A stretch of 56,441 nucleotides of DNA, the filler included, from Platydemus manokwari (lineage: Eukaryota), in assembly GCA_037951405.1 (NCBI GenBank). It is 3 parts of 3 records of this genome, joined end to end, with 100 filler letters (N's around TTAATTAATTAA, not from the genome) between each part and the next. Parts side by side here need not be neighbours in the genome. Positions count along the whole stretch, not along the records: positions 12,828 to 35,045 come from JBBMOY011278094.1; 2 more parts are not named here. The stretch is one strand, 5' to 3'. Under the pieces are notes generated by a model that saw only the letters and a program-made list of their open reading frames with translations, did no database searches and was not told the DNA's origin. A program made the translations under genes and the position numbers. This document shows, in pieces, positions 13,106 through 25,860 of this stretch (positions are counted from its first letter, which is position 1; each line of letters opens with the position of its first letter).

Positions 13106-13617
13106 TTAATATTGTTGGGGTTTATAAGTTTTACTATCAATCTCTGATCTTTCCCAACTTATATTCTTATTTGCTTTTAAACACCTGACTCCAAAGGTGC
13201 TGTGTAACTATGCTTCGAAAACAACCGAGTTTGTTAAAGATATATTTAAATAATAATTACAATCTGAATAAATACTTAGATACAATTTTTACGAATAAAA
13301 CAAGTTTAACAAATTATGAAGTTTAATAAATTATGACAAATAACCAGGTTTGGCTTAGGGATTCTTAATTTACGATTAATTACGATTCGAAGATTTTATT
13401 GACTCTATGCAGATAGAGCTTGTAGTTTTAGATGTGGTCTCTTAGGTTTCCCCGTAAGAGCCCTAAAGTTTCTAATTTATTGTAAGTTAGACCTACGTGG
13501 AACCGTAACCTCTTAGACTTGATTTTTTGGTTATTTAGAGTTTAATAAATTTAGTCTCTAGATGAACTGGGTTCAGTCTAGAGCATATGTGTAATTAGAG
13601 TAGAATAATTGTCAAAT

Positions 13618-14080
13618 TGTTAATTGGGGGCCACCAGAACAACAGAATAGAGTTGGTGGTGGAAATTAAGTTGTATTAAGCTGTTAATAATCTCCAGAAT
13701 AATCTAACTTAATTAGTAGACAAATTCACTGATATTAAATATGCAATAATTTTTAACGTAGATTAAAATGATACGTATACAAATTCAAAGTTAACTTATC
13801 AAAAGAATATGTACTCTAGTTCAAAGTTAATTTATAAAAGATTATTGAACAATCAAATATTACTAAACAATAAGGCTTATTATTTTCCTTTTTTCCTTAA
13901 GTTTTCAGAAAGCAGTTTCCTTGATTTTATTGAAAATAATTATTATCGGAGTTGCAAATGTTTGAAGTTGATCACGGATTATTCTTGGCGCTGATGAAAG
14001 AACAATTCAGAGTTGAATAGTTTTCCTTGTTTTCTTCTTTTTCTTAGGGTTTTCTTTAAATCATAGTTCATTGAACATAT
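13618..14080 (-). repeat. LTR-like repeat, reverse-complement homologue of 34650-35031
   Basis: GGGCCACCAGAACAACAGAATAGAGTTGGTGGTGGAAATTAAGTTGTATTAA (13628-13679) is close to the reverse complement of ~34972-35023; AGTTAATTTATAAAAGATT and the purine-rich post-TATA segment are also shared. Confidence 0.7.
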
Positions 14081-14399
14081 ATTTAGTAAAATTCACAGAG
14101 AAAATCTGTGAATGACTCCACGCTGCCTATATAAACAGTAACCACCATCATTAGACTGCATAATATTTACATAAGAAGAAACAGAATGTGAAATTATTAT
14201 TATTTTGGCCCCAAATAACTTATTATTTTTAATATTTTCATTTATTTCAAACTTATTTATTATTTCGTCCATTTTTTTTCCTAAAAATACAGTAATAACA
14301 TAATTTTTGCGAATTAATCAATATTTATTTTTTTAGAACTATAGAAAATATTTTTGTTACATAAAAATCACAAAGTATTTACAAATAAGTCAAGAGTTA

Positions 14400-15310
14400 A
14401 AAAAAATCACTAAAGTTAAATCACAAATCAATTGTCTTCATCGATGACCGCTTTTCATCTCAGCAGGGTTTGATAGGATTGAAACTGGGATTTTTGGGAT
14501 TTGTTAGCAAGTCAAATTGAAATCAGATTTCAATATTGAGCTTTGAACGATAATTATAGGTTCACTTTGTACAGTTCTGTCTTCAACAGAAGCAATTTTG
14601 GCAAAAATTGGAACGCCAATGAATAAAATTTAAAACCTGGTCAAGGAATGTGCATTGGCAAAATTGAACATTCAGAGAAAATCTGGCATTTTCACTCGAT
14701 CGGTGTTTTTATAAATTTCATTTAAATTGCACAAAAGCATAAAACTCCTACCCATAGAAAAGCTAAGACGAGTGAAAGAAGAAAGTAAAGTTGTAACTGG
14801 CTGTACCACTATTGCGCCCATGATATCACGAATCGAAGCTTTCAGACCCAAACAGGTTAAAATCAATCCAAACATAACCAAAGAAATTTGTATTTAAATA
14901 AATCTTTAACACATTTACATCAGCGAGTCTTTTGATATTGTTAAAAAGGCTGATTTGAACCATTGTGGCTTGAAAAGGTGAATCAGAGAGTTATGTATCT
15001 TGGATCAGCGTTGTCATTTTAAGTAATATTTTCAACTCTAAAAGGATCAATTTCAAAAAAGAGTTCATCACCCAACACTCATTTTCACCGATTTTTCCCA
15101 CCAGAAAAAGCATCTGTAAAAAGCTGTAAGAATGGAAATAAATTCCACATTTATAACTTCCAATCCATCATTTTACTATTGAAATAAATAGATTATGGAA
15201 AGACAATCATTCACCAAATTTGTCGACAATATTAAGCGGCAATCCTCACGATCATTTACCAAATTACGCCAATCTTTCGTAAGTTAGTCTCCAAATAAGC
15301 AACAAGAAAT
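14400..15310 (+). mobile_element. Copy 1 of an unclassified repeat family (family X) with a decayed zinc-knuckle-type ORF
   Basis: 15130-15310 aligns with 24540-24720 and 33740-33915 (ERQSFTKFVDNIKRQSSRSFTKLRQSFVS*SP); 14570-14870 aligns with the reverse complement of 53775-54070. Confidence 0.65.
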
Positions 15311-15329
15311 GTTAAATTTTACAGCGGTT

Positions 15330-15830
15330 AACTAAAAAGGAAAGGATTTTGAGATTTGGTTGAAATTGTGTAAGAGATTTGATATACGTAAAGTTAAATT
15401 CATTCTTAAAATTTCAAGATAGTGGAAGTTACTTATTTGAATGAAGATGTTTTACTTATGTTTTATGATCAGTTTTTACAATGAAGACTACATGATGATT
15501 TTGGCATTGTACCAGAAAACGATGGTATTTTTAAAATGGAAAAATCATGTAATTGTTGAGTGAAGAAATGCCAAAACAATTATAGCACATACGAGTGCAA
15601 TGTAAATGGAAAGCCATTGAATTTCAGTGAAATCGTAAAAAGCTTGGAAATTATCAAGGAAAATATATAGCCATGTTTCAAAATTTAATTTGCCAATTTA
15701 TCAAAGTGATGATGTTTTAAATATAATGAAATTTTAAGACGTTATTATTAAAGAGAACAAAGAACCTAATGGAATTGGAATAATAAATAAATAAAATCGA
15801 ATATATCTGACTAAATCAGAGAAAAGAAAG
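15330..15830 (+). mobile_element. Polinton protein-primed DNA polymerase B (pPolB) fragments, decayed and rearranged
   Basis: YLNEDVLLM (15434-15460) followed by DDFGIVPEN matches YL..DV.LL...FGLDP; AH..CN (~15585-15602) and IAMFQNL (~15667-15687) match AH..CNL and FHNL. Confidence 0.55.
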
Positions 15831-16019
15831 AGTAAAACTTCAAAATTTTGAATGTTCTTCTTAAAGTTTTGGAACGAAGCTATAATTTTTATGATAATGA
15901 TATTTTACATTAGGGATGAAGTCAAAATTAAACTTGTGCTTGATTGCTCTTAAACATGGATGCCAAAAATGTATTCATTAATGAGTATAATGAAATGTCC
16001 AGAAGCATATCAAATGAAA

Positions 16020-16330
16020 GTCTCTAGCGATGACAAAGAGTACCATTTTTATATAAGAAATCATATTTTATGAGATTTCAGGTAAAAAAGTGCAACGTTA
16101 AAAAGATGACTTTTATTTTTAATTATGCAGACTTTTAAATCGGAAAATTAAAAATAGCAACAGAAATAATATTATCTGCGAAAAGAGGCTATACAATGAG
16201 AGAATCTATTGAGCCATGTAAAATTTTAGGACAATTCGTCGATAAACCTTTGGCAATCGAAGAATGTTACAGTGGGAAGGTGGATTGTATTCAGTTATTA
16301 TAGATAATTACAATCCTTATTGAAAAATAA
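16020..16330 (+). repeat. Dispersed repeat with coding decay (probably Polinton-derived); second copy at ~26230-26590
   Basis: GCAGACTTTTAAAT.GGAAAATTAAAAATAG...AAAAGAGG.TATA.AATGAGAGAATCTATTGA is present in both copies. Confidence 0.6.
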
Positions 16331-17556
16331 AAAAGAGTAAAAGATGAAGAGCTTGTCGAAAAAATGTAAAATATTCATTGTCAGATCTGAGCAGAAGAGA
16401 TGGAATGGTTTGGAAAGGATTTGTTAAAATATTGAATAGGATAGAAATGCAAATAGAACAAATCAGTCCTTCTCAAAATATTATTGTATAACAGAATAGA
16501 ATTGAAATTGTAGCAGAATTATTGATTTTATTAAAGAATTGAATACATATTTATGGAAATTTGAATGTGGTGAAACAACTTATTTAAATCAAATATCTCA
16601 ATGATTTAAATCTTTACCGAGTTTCGGTTCATTAACAGTAGATAATTGGTATTCTTCCAAAAAATCTAAATCCTAACAAAAAATTAGTTGGTGTTCGTCA
16701 TATAAATAATCAAAATAATACAATTTATGACTCCAATGAATATTGAAACAATAACTGACGTGCCCTTAATGAATTAAAATCGGCGGACGGACTAGATGCT
16801 ACCTACTCCTAATGAAACTAAATGAGAAGATTATTTTTATACGCCTACACATTCTATGCCAACTTTGCAGATGTTATGATTGACTTAATGGCTTCCAACT
16901 AATCTCCAATCGGGGATTGATGAAAGGTGAATAAAATTACTAATAACAAGAATAATTACCATTGTGCGATCGAAATATCCAACTGAATTAAATGTCTGAA
17001 ATCAGAAAGTTTACGTATGATTAAAGTGTCACGAAAGTTATGAAAACCAACTAATTCTGTGTAAATTCCAATGATGGTGATGCAAGACCAAATAATGACT
17101 TGAAGCAAATGTACTTCATTTGTAGTGAAAATTTTTGTGCAATGAAAAGTTTATATAATATTTCTCGCGAGTAAGTGATTAGGCGTAAATATTCATAGAC
17201 ATGCGTTCTCGGAGTTTTTTAACGTTGCCATGGTTTTTGATTATTAATTTAAATTGTAATTTTTGACTTTTAATTTTTTTAAATATATGTAATTTTTTAT
17301 TATTTTAATTACATATTAGTTGGAAGCAGTAGCAATGTTGTGACATTATTATCGTCACTCGATATTCCTTGTAGATTATTGAAACCATTTCTGATTTAAA
17401 ATAAATGCAGGACATATCATAAAATATTTAATTTTGATATAAATCTTAATTGATAATTTTTTGCATGTGTTGGGAAAATATATATAAATAATTTTTTTCA
17501 ATAAATAATGAATTACGTTGCATTTGTATAAATAATAATAAGTGTTTAAGGTGTCA

Positions 17557-19571
17557 TCGGCGACCACGTCATACAAATCAATGCAATAACAAGAAAGCAG
17601 CAGAAACCATTATTAAAGAGTTTGCCGAAAAAGGTACAAGAAGCGCCCAATTTTAATATTAGTAAATTTGATTGAAGGAACTCAAACGAGGTCTGCAAAG
17701 GGGATGCAAGATACAGAGGAATGGCTATTAATTAATTGTCTCGTTTCAGCCTGATCAACACATTCGATTTACCACCTTGAGACGAGGCAGGCATTTTGTG
17801 GAAAAACTTCAAATCGGAAGATACCACAGAAGAATCATCTAAATCGAGCTTTTAAGATACATTAACAATCAAAAAATCTATAACGGATATGATTATCGAA
17901 CTTGTAAATGTTCAACAATCGGAGAGCGAACAGTTTGCCACTTTCGATATAAGAGTTCACAGATTGGTTGAGAGAGTGATGAATTCCGAATTGAAACAAG
18001 ATTCAATGGTGAAAGATATCATCAACAAGAAAACGCGTTCGAAAGGATTAAAAGACGATCTTGCCTTGAAACCAGACATAAATATCATGGAAGTTTGGAA
18101 TGCTGGAAAGGCGTTGCAGAATAGAGAATAAAGTGTACAACGAGATTGTGCTCTCTAAGGCACAAATGCCATCTAATACGAGGTACAGGACACATAGTAG
18201 AAGGTAGAATTTTATGTATTCAGAACGAGATCGAGGAGCAATTTTATCAAATTAAAGACCCAGTAATGCACAAGATAGAAGATCAAAAAAACCACATCAA
18301 CTCCGTCGCATACATTTCGTCGGTGGGGTTGAATCAGTAGATAAAAAGAAAATTCGAAATGAAACCAGGTGTAAAGAGATGTTTAGGAAGGACGACACTA
18401 AGGTGTGGAGTAAAGTGTTGATCAAAGAAGCTGAAGTATAGATGTTGAGGGATTTGGAAGCGTTTATCACAGTGAACAGCGAGAACTATTTGAAGAAAAT
18501 GGGAAGCCCAGAATTGCAGGATAATTTTATTACGCGTATTGGAGTGTTTTCAACTGGTGCGAACACTCCTGGGTTACTCAGATGTGATGCCAAGTGGAAA
18601 GGAAAGAAAAGAAAAACTAGGTTGTGATAGCAAAAAGAATTTTTCCCAATTTCATTGGAGGTGTTGACACAATGAATGCATTTGGGATTCAGCTGAAAGA
18701 GGTGGCCACAACCGATTCATTAACGACAAATATACAGATGAGGAAAGATCGAAACACGCAATGGAAACGATCAAGACATGCAATACGGGCAAAATTGGAA
18801 GACTCATCGAGGAACACAGAAAAATATTCATGGCTTCGATTTTGGTTGTTCACAATATTATAATTACCGGAAATCCTATTTCGCAGAATCTCAAAAGGCA
18901 GCCCGTGAGCTTAGAAACAAAGAATTGAAGACGTGATAAAAAACCTGCTCGAAACAGGAGTAATAAGACCATGTAAGAGAAAATCTGAGTTTCCCCATGT
19001 ATGATATCTACCAACTTCTAAACTGTTTAGCGGATGCTAAATATTTCTCCTCTATAGATTTGAGTCAAGCTTATTACCAAGTCTAACTAAGTCCGAGATC
19101 CCAAGATTACACAGCTTTTAGCACAAGAACCGGCCAACATACACCAGTTTGGACTATCTACATTATCCGCTACTTTTCCAAAAACTAATCAACAAGCTGT
19201 TAGATGGGTTGATATTTAAAAGCATTGTGATATATTTGGATCGTGTGTTAATATACGGAAAAAACTCATCAGAAAAAGTCATCAGAGCGGTACGAGATAT
19301 GATTACAGCTACTTTAAAGGGTAAGAGTCATGAGAAAAATTGGTTTAAAATGTTGCCATGGATAGAATTCTGCATCAACGCAACACATCAATCAACAACG
19401 AAGTTCTTGCCTTTTGAGCTAATCTACGGGCGTAAGATCAATGTTCAAATAGATTTGAGTTACAAGAATCAAAATCGAGATGATACTGCATCAGTAGCTA
19501 GAGAAAACATTAAAGTGGCAGCCGACATAATTATGACTGAAAGTGTTTATGATTTAATTACAATTGTATGA
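17557..19571 (+). mobile_element. Internally deleted, decayed Ty3/gypsy LTR retrotransposon (gag-PR-RT joined directly to late integrase)
   Basis: PBS-like CGGCGACCACG ~17558; gag QQSESEQFATFDIRV; RT FPMYDIYQLLNCLADAKYFSSIDLSQAYYQV*LSPRSQDYTAFST (~18990-19130) and FQKLINKLL...IYLDRVLIYG; joined in frame to integrase EKVIRAVRDMI...W..MLPWIEFCINAT..STTKFLPFELIYGR. Confidence 0.9.
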
Positions 19572-21059
19572 AAATCTTAATTTAGTTTTCTTTTCTTTCT
19601 TAGTTTTATGTAAAATGCATATTCTACTTCAGTCGTAAAATGGTGCAAACAATTGTAAATTTCATATATTTAATATGTTTTTTATTTCACCTGGAAAGGT
19701 GACGAGAATTAAAGATATTGAGGTAAACTAAAATAAATTTTAAATATTTGATTATATCTAACAAGTTTGTTAATCAGATGTTACCTCAACAACTAACATT
19801 AAGATTAAAATTACCTATATAAAAATTATGAATTGCTGTAAAATTTGATTGGTTAAATAAAATTCATTCCTAATTTTCTATTGTTAAAAATATTTTCAAG
19901 TTGAAATATTTGAATATAGAATAATATAAAAATTGAAATCGAATTAATCATTAGTGTGTCAAATTGCTCGGTATAACAGAATAGGATCAAAACTACTACT
20001 GCTACTTTTATAACAGAATTAGAAATATATTGATCTGTTGGAGCTGAGAAAGGATTAATAAATAGATCTGGTCTTAGCTCCAACACATGATTCTATCTTG
20101 ATATTTGAAAATTAATTTTAATAAAAATATAAACGAGCTTGATTATATAAAACTTTTGCTATTTTCCCTTTATTTTACAACATCAGCAACTGTTATAAAA
20201 ATGTTGTTTTCTGATTTTGTCATATGATGCCATACACATTTTAAAAGCAAGGAAGGACATAAAATAGTAGAATAGAAGACCCGTATTCGACGGCATAGCC
20301 TACGAAATTCTTTATCAACACACTCATGTCTTATTCAAGACACCAAAAAAGTTTATAGTTAAAAACACTTTCAATATTTAAGCTAAACATGATTATGAAA
20401 TCTCATATCAACACAATAAAAATTCAAATAAATTTCGTATCAATAAAAATAATTTCTTAACAATAAAATAAAAATAAATATTGCTTCAATAAATAAATTT
20501 CAAAATTAATAAATAATTACAGCTGAAATTTCACAATATCCGCAAGGTTTTGTATGAATTCCATCTATTTCAATGTTAATATAAGTTATAGGTTTTCGTT
20601 TAATAAAATCATCAAGTAATAAATATTTTCTTTTTAAAATTTTGTAGTATAATAAATATTTTAAAATTTATTAAATATAAATAATAATTATATTAAGTAT
20701 TATGAAAGTTCAAATGAAATTATAAACAAACGATAATAAATAATATTAAATAAAATAAATTAATTAATGATAATACTACATAATATTAAATCCAATAAAT
20801 AAAAATAAAAGTCAGGTTAAATAAATAATATTATTATTTTAAGTTAATATAATTATGTTAAATATAATTATGTTAAATAAATGAATAAACTGATAATGTT
20901 AAACCTATTATAATATATTACAATACATTGTATAATAATAACAATAATTATTAAAAGTAATATATAAAATAAATAAATATGAAAAATAATAAATCTTTTA
21001 ATAAAAAAGAAATTATATTAAATTGAATAATTTCTAATAAAATTATGACAACGCTTGAA

Positions 21060-24000
21060 TTTCTATATATTCGATATGAGTAAGTTATCGCGATATTGAT
21101 ATTTTCAATTTTATATGAATTTTGATAAAATTATTTTGCGCTTATATCATATATTTATCGATTTTAACCCGGAGAAACGTTTCCATAGTAGCATTTTATT
21201 AAAATATAATTAAATTATATTTGATCAAATGAAGAATAATTTGTCTGACAAAATTTTTCAATTTTCAATCAAAACAATCTAATAAGGAAACTCAGTATTT
21301 ATTCAATTCATCAATTGATCAATAAATCTGTGAGTCACAGCATTGATTGAGTGATCGAGAATGTTTAATTTGGTGATTCGAGACTCTTTTGACACAGCAT
21401 TTGATAAAAAGTTGATCGCTTGAGCGTAGCGCTGGATTGGCCGATATTTCTACCAGCTTTATAAATCGACGGAAACCATATCCACTATTTAGTTCGCTTG
21501 TTGGCTTCATCCACGGCGTGCGATCTGAACAATTATAGTATTTCACCATTTTTGACACATGAGCGAGGCCAGTAAATTGATTGATTAGCGAAAACTCTAC
21601 ATTATGTTTGAATGGCCATTCGAGAACATCGTCGAATGGCCTCCTCATGAGGCAGACATAAATTGATAAATGAGTTCATTTTCCATCGCGAAAACCATCT
21701 GGATTCAATTCGAGACACATTTTATAGCCGTTTCGATGAGAGTAGAAACAGTCACTGTAAAAATAATTATTTTTTAAATTTTGTGCCTGCTTTCTTTTGT
21801 CTGCCCAATTTTCGATTTTCCAAATGAATTCCTCACGTCTGTCAAACAATTTTCGCAACTCGTTTGACTGATTTGTTAAATTTTTGATCTCATTTTTCAT
21901 TTCATCAATCGATCGATTTGTTTCCTTGGTTTCTGTTTCGATTTTATCACTGTTTTGCAGGATCTCATTCAATTTAATCTCGACATCCTGATTAAAAATC
22001 AAAATAAGTTATTGATAAATTATAAAATATACGTGTCGATTTTAATATTTTGTTAATATCGTATCGATTTGTTGTTTAAATTGATTGATTTCTTGATTTT
22101 GACTGTCGAATTTCCAGAGAAGTTCTAAAATCTAAACACAACAAATATATCGATTACTTAAAAATCCATTTTACTTGTTTAACCAGTTCATCGTTTACAG
22201 CTTCCAGCTTTGTTGTCAAGTTCCTGTTTTGATTTTTTAAATAATCTATTTCTTTATTCAATTTTTTGATTTCAATCGAATTGCTCTCTTCTCGCTTCTG
22301 TAAATCTTGGATATTTTTCTGAAATAATCAATAATAAACAAAATTTATCACAAAAGATTTTTAACATCCGATTTTCCTTCATAAATTTTAATTTTGTCTT
22401 GTAAATCCATATTTTCTAATCTCAACTTATCGAACTCTCTTTTGATAGTTTGATTATCATTTTGTAATTCTTTGAGCTACATATACGCACAAAGCATTAA
22501 TCGATTATTTAACCAACCTTTTTACTTGCTTAGTTAATTCTTCGGTTACCGTATCTAGATCAACAGTCGAGATTCTGCTTTGATTTTTCGAATAAACTAT
22601 TTTGTCATTCATTTCTTTTATTTCTTTTGAATTTTTCTCTTCACGTTTTTGCAATTCTCCAATAATAATCTAAAATAATCGATAACAGAAAAAAACTACA
22701 AAATATTTTACATCGGTTTTTTCTTCATACATTTTCATTTTTTCCTTTAAATCGATATTTTCCAATCTTAAATTATTGAAATCTATTTTACTGGTTTGAT
22801 TGTCATTTTCCAATATGTTTATCGATTCCATTAACAATTTCGTATGAGAATAAATTTTCGTCAAAAGATGCTCATCAATGTCATTAACTGATAATTTATC
22901 ATTCTCACATCCAATCATTTTATACGGACAACATATAGGTTTCTCATTGCAGACTCGTAAATGATTTTCGATCGTTTTCATTGTATTTTTTGTCTTGCAA
23001 GTCGACATTGGACAATATACTTCTTTTCTTGATATCTTATTGTCCATCGCACAATCACGATATGTATTAGCATCAATTTGTATGATCTCATCTTTGCAAT
23101 AATCTGATTGTCCTGGACAAAAGGTTTTCCCCTCTTTTAAATATTCATCAATGCAGACTTTACAATATCGACAACCACAAGGTCCAGCATAAGTGTTTAT
23201 CAATATTCTCCTACAAATCGTGCAATAACAATCAGAATTTATTTCTTCAACAAATTCCAGATCGTATTGTCTTATAATTTGCCACATATTTTCGAATTTA
23301 TTGCTCTCCATTTCAGTGTTCAATCTAAAATTTATCTCAAAAGTAAAGCCGATTAAGATTTTTAATAAAATTATTTTCATCAAATATTCATTTACAATAT
23401 CCAAAAATTTCATAGAGACTAAAATTCAAAATGTTTATTATTTAAAATTAATTGGTTTCAATCATTAACTAAGATAAAAATCTCAATTAATTTAGATAAA
23501 GAAAATAATCGATTAATAACTGTAAAAATTCAGTTAATATTTCAAAGTTTAAGCGCGAAATCGTACATTTAATTATTTTGTTTTCAATAAATTGGAATAA
23601 TTTGGATAGATATGTTTGTAATAACTATGCTATTGGCGTAGATAAACAAATTAGTAATTTTTTTAAAGTTATTTTAGGTTTTTGTTAGTTAAAAATGATT
23701 AGAAAATTCGATTTGATATTTGGAAAACACGATGGTAATAATATTTTATTCTTTTAAAAAATGAATATTAAAATAGGACACTAAATTCGAATTTAAAAAA
23801 TGGAAATAATCACACATTAACACAGGCATAAGGATTGACCAAATCAGAGTAAACAAAATCGATAAATTCAATTAAAATTTGAAAAATAATTGTTCAAATA
23901 AACCATGATATATAAATCGCAAGTATAAATATTGATGCGAAGATGTCCAACGCCTTTTGGATGCCGAGTTTTATATCGTTATTATGTATTGGCTTATTAA

Positions 24001-24770
24001 GTATTTTTATTTAGTTCTAGAGTAATTTATGTACACCCTGATTAGTATTTTGCAGTTGTATAATTCTTTTGGAGAACAGCAATTTCTGGTCATTTATATA
24101 TCGGAAATAAACAGAGATAATCAATATCTCATTAACCAGATTAATAAAGTTTAACAACAAGTTTAACTTAAGATCAAATTTCCAGGTAGATTTTATCACC
24201 TGTCAGAAACTAATATCGAACCAATCCGATAGAGATCTGGTCTATTTCATTGAATTCATGACATATTATTTATGTATACCTCTGTTCACGGACAATAATC
24301 CAACTACTATCTCTACTTTAAAAGTGCTGCCAGTGACTATCCTAAAAACACTCTATCGGAGAAATTGATCGATATAGATTTGAACTCGAATAATTAGTCA
24401 TAAAATTTTCGACTTTCAACTCTATAAAGACCAAACCGGAAAAGCTGTGGAGGATAAATTTTTTGAAGCATTTCTTCACCCCTTCAATAAAGCACTAGGT
24501 CTCCCCGATTATTTGGACTATGATGAACATAAAGGCCACGAGTGTGGAAATGAATTCCACATTCATAACTTGCTAATCCATTACTTTGTTAAAGAAATAG
24601 GTACGTTATCGAAAGGCCATTATTCACTAGATCTATTGACGACATTAAGCCGAACTCCACGCTATCATTTACTAAATTACACCAATCATTTGTAAGTGAC
24701 TCTCCAAAGAAGCAACGAGTAATCACGTGCAAAAGTGTAAACGAATTGGGCACTATAGAAATCAGTGGAA
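21060..24770. repeat. Tandem segmental duplication unit 1 (TRAF gene plus flanks); unit 2 at ~29835-33955
   Basis: Colinear similarity runs through the 3' flank (TCGATAT...AGTTATCG.GA.ATT), exons, introns, promoter region and the upstream family-X element. Confidence 0.85.
21319..23311 (-). pseudogene. traf: TRAF-family gene A (RING, 2 TRAF ZnF, coiled coil, MATH) with two in-frame nonsense codons
   Basis: Predicted exons 23311-22712, 22669-22526, 22476-22366, 22318-22175, 22131-22033, 21987-21319; all GT-AG phase-0 introns of 42-49 nt. TAA at 22044-22042 (GAA in paralogue). TGA at 21678-21676 inside GK*THLS. MATH motifs FIWKI, GYKMCL, WPF, FIK. Confidence 0.9.
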
Positions 24771-25280
24771 AATCTCATTTGATAATCAGTATTGTTCAAA
24801 ATTTTGAAGGAAGACCACTTATCCAATACTCATTTCAAAAAAAAAGATTCAATAGACCCACACTCAAGGACATTTTCCAGGTCATACATACTGAACACAA
24901 ATAAATATCAGCAATAAAAGGTAAATATCAAATAGAAGGTAAGCTTTCAAGACAATCAATACAAAGTTAATTTGAATGTCATGCTCAATAGAAATCCGAA
25001 GTATTGATAATGAAAGATAAGTTATGTTAATGGGCAGGACCAACAAGATCAGCATCAACAACAATGTCCTCAGAAGGATCATTTTTCTTCAGTATACCAG
25101 AAAATCAAACTCAAACTCCAATCATCTCAATCGATCTCCTATCATAGCCTAAAATTCAGGTGGAAAGTCAATATGGACGAATAATAAACATTTGACTCTT
25201 TTGTGATTTATTGACTTAATTCTTTTAACACTTTGTGATTCAACTCTTTTTGCATGATTTATTTGATTTATTTGTAATTT
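23900..25280 (+). mobile_element. Copy 2 (most complete) of family X: decayed ORF ending in CCHC knuckle(s), possibly bounded by diverged inverted repeats
   Basis: ERPLFTRSIDDIKPNSTLSFTKLHQSFVSDSPKKQRVITC-[frameshift]-KCKRIGHYRNQW at ~24610-24768, then QYCSKF*RK; patchy inverted similarity between ~23910-23990 and ~25137-25215. Confidence 0.55.
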
Positions 25281-25860
25281 TTTTAAATTATTATTGTATA
25301 TAAAAGCAATAAAAAATTATATTTTTTAAATAATATGCAAAACATTATTTTTAAGAAAAAATTATGAGAAATAATAATAATAATAATATCGTAGAAAATA
25401 GATAAAATAAATAAAAGGAAAATAATAAATAATAAACAAAACGATTATTCAGAATCCGTTCTAGGAAATATTATATAAGGAATGGCAATATCACAAATTT
25501 CACTCTTACAATCAGATAGTTAACTGCAACTTATAAAAACTATTGGAAGCAGGAAACGTAAACAGACGGAAATATACATATATTAAAAATCGGAATAAAA
25601 ATAAAAAGGTGTGAATATTTAAAAGAAAAAATATAGTTAAAGGGTCTGCCCATGTGGTAATATGTGTACTCATATATCGACACAAAGGAGGTCCTGTATC
25701 TGAGGCTCCACTTGTTGAGAAACTTTTATTAAATTTCGCGTTTGTGTAAATAATTTGTGTGAAAATTTAAAGGTAAAAGGGATTCATAATATTTGTAATT
25801 GTATAAAAAAGTTGTTATATTTATAAATTAGCTTTCACAACAAATAAATCTTATTGCTGC

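Noticed and set aside
14220-15310. Twin-priming 5' inversion in family X copy 1
   Set aside because: Plus-strand similarity to copies 2 and 3 appears to continue across the supposed breakpoint at ~14580, so terminal inverted repeats explain the pattern better.
21676-21678. In-frame TGA in TRAF-A as selenocysteine or an alternative genetic code
   Set aside because: The position is Gly/Arg in homologues, a TAA also interrupts the gene, and paralogue B is open under the standard code.
23312-23413. N-terminal extensions of the TRAF ORFs in the ORF track (also 32171-32251)
   Set aside because: A TTTTAG acceptor lies 13 nt before the conserved MES ATG in both genes; the extension is most likely 5'-UTR intron.
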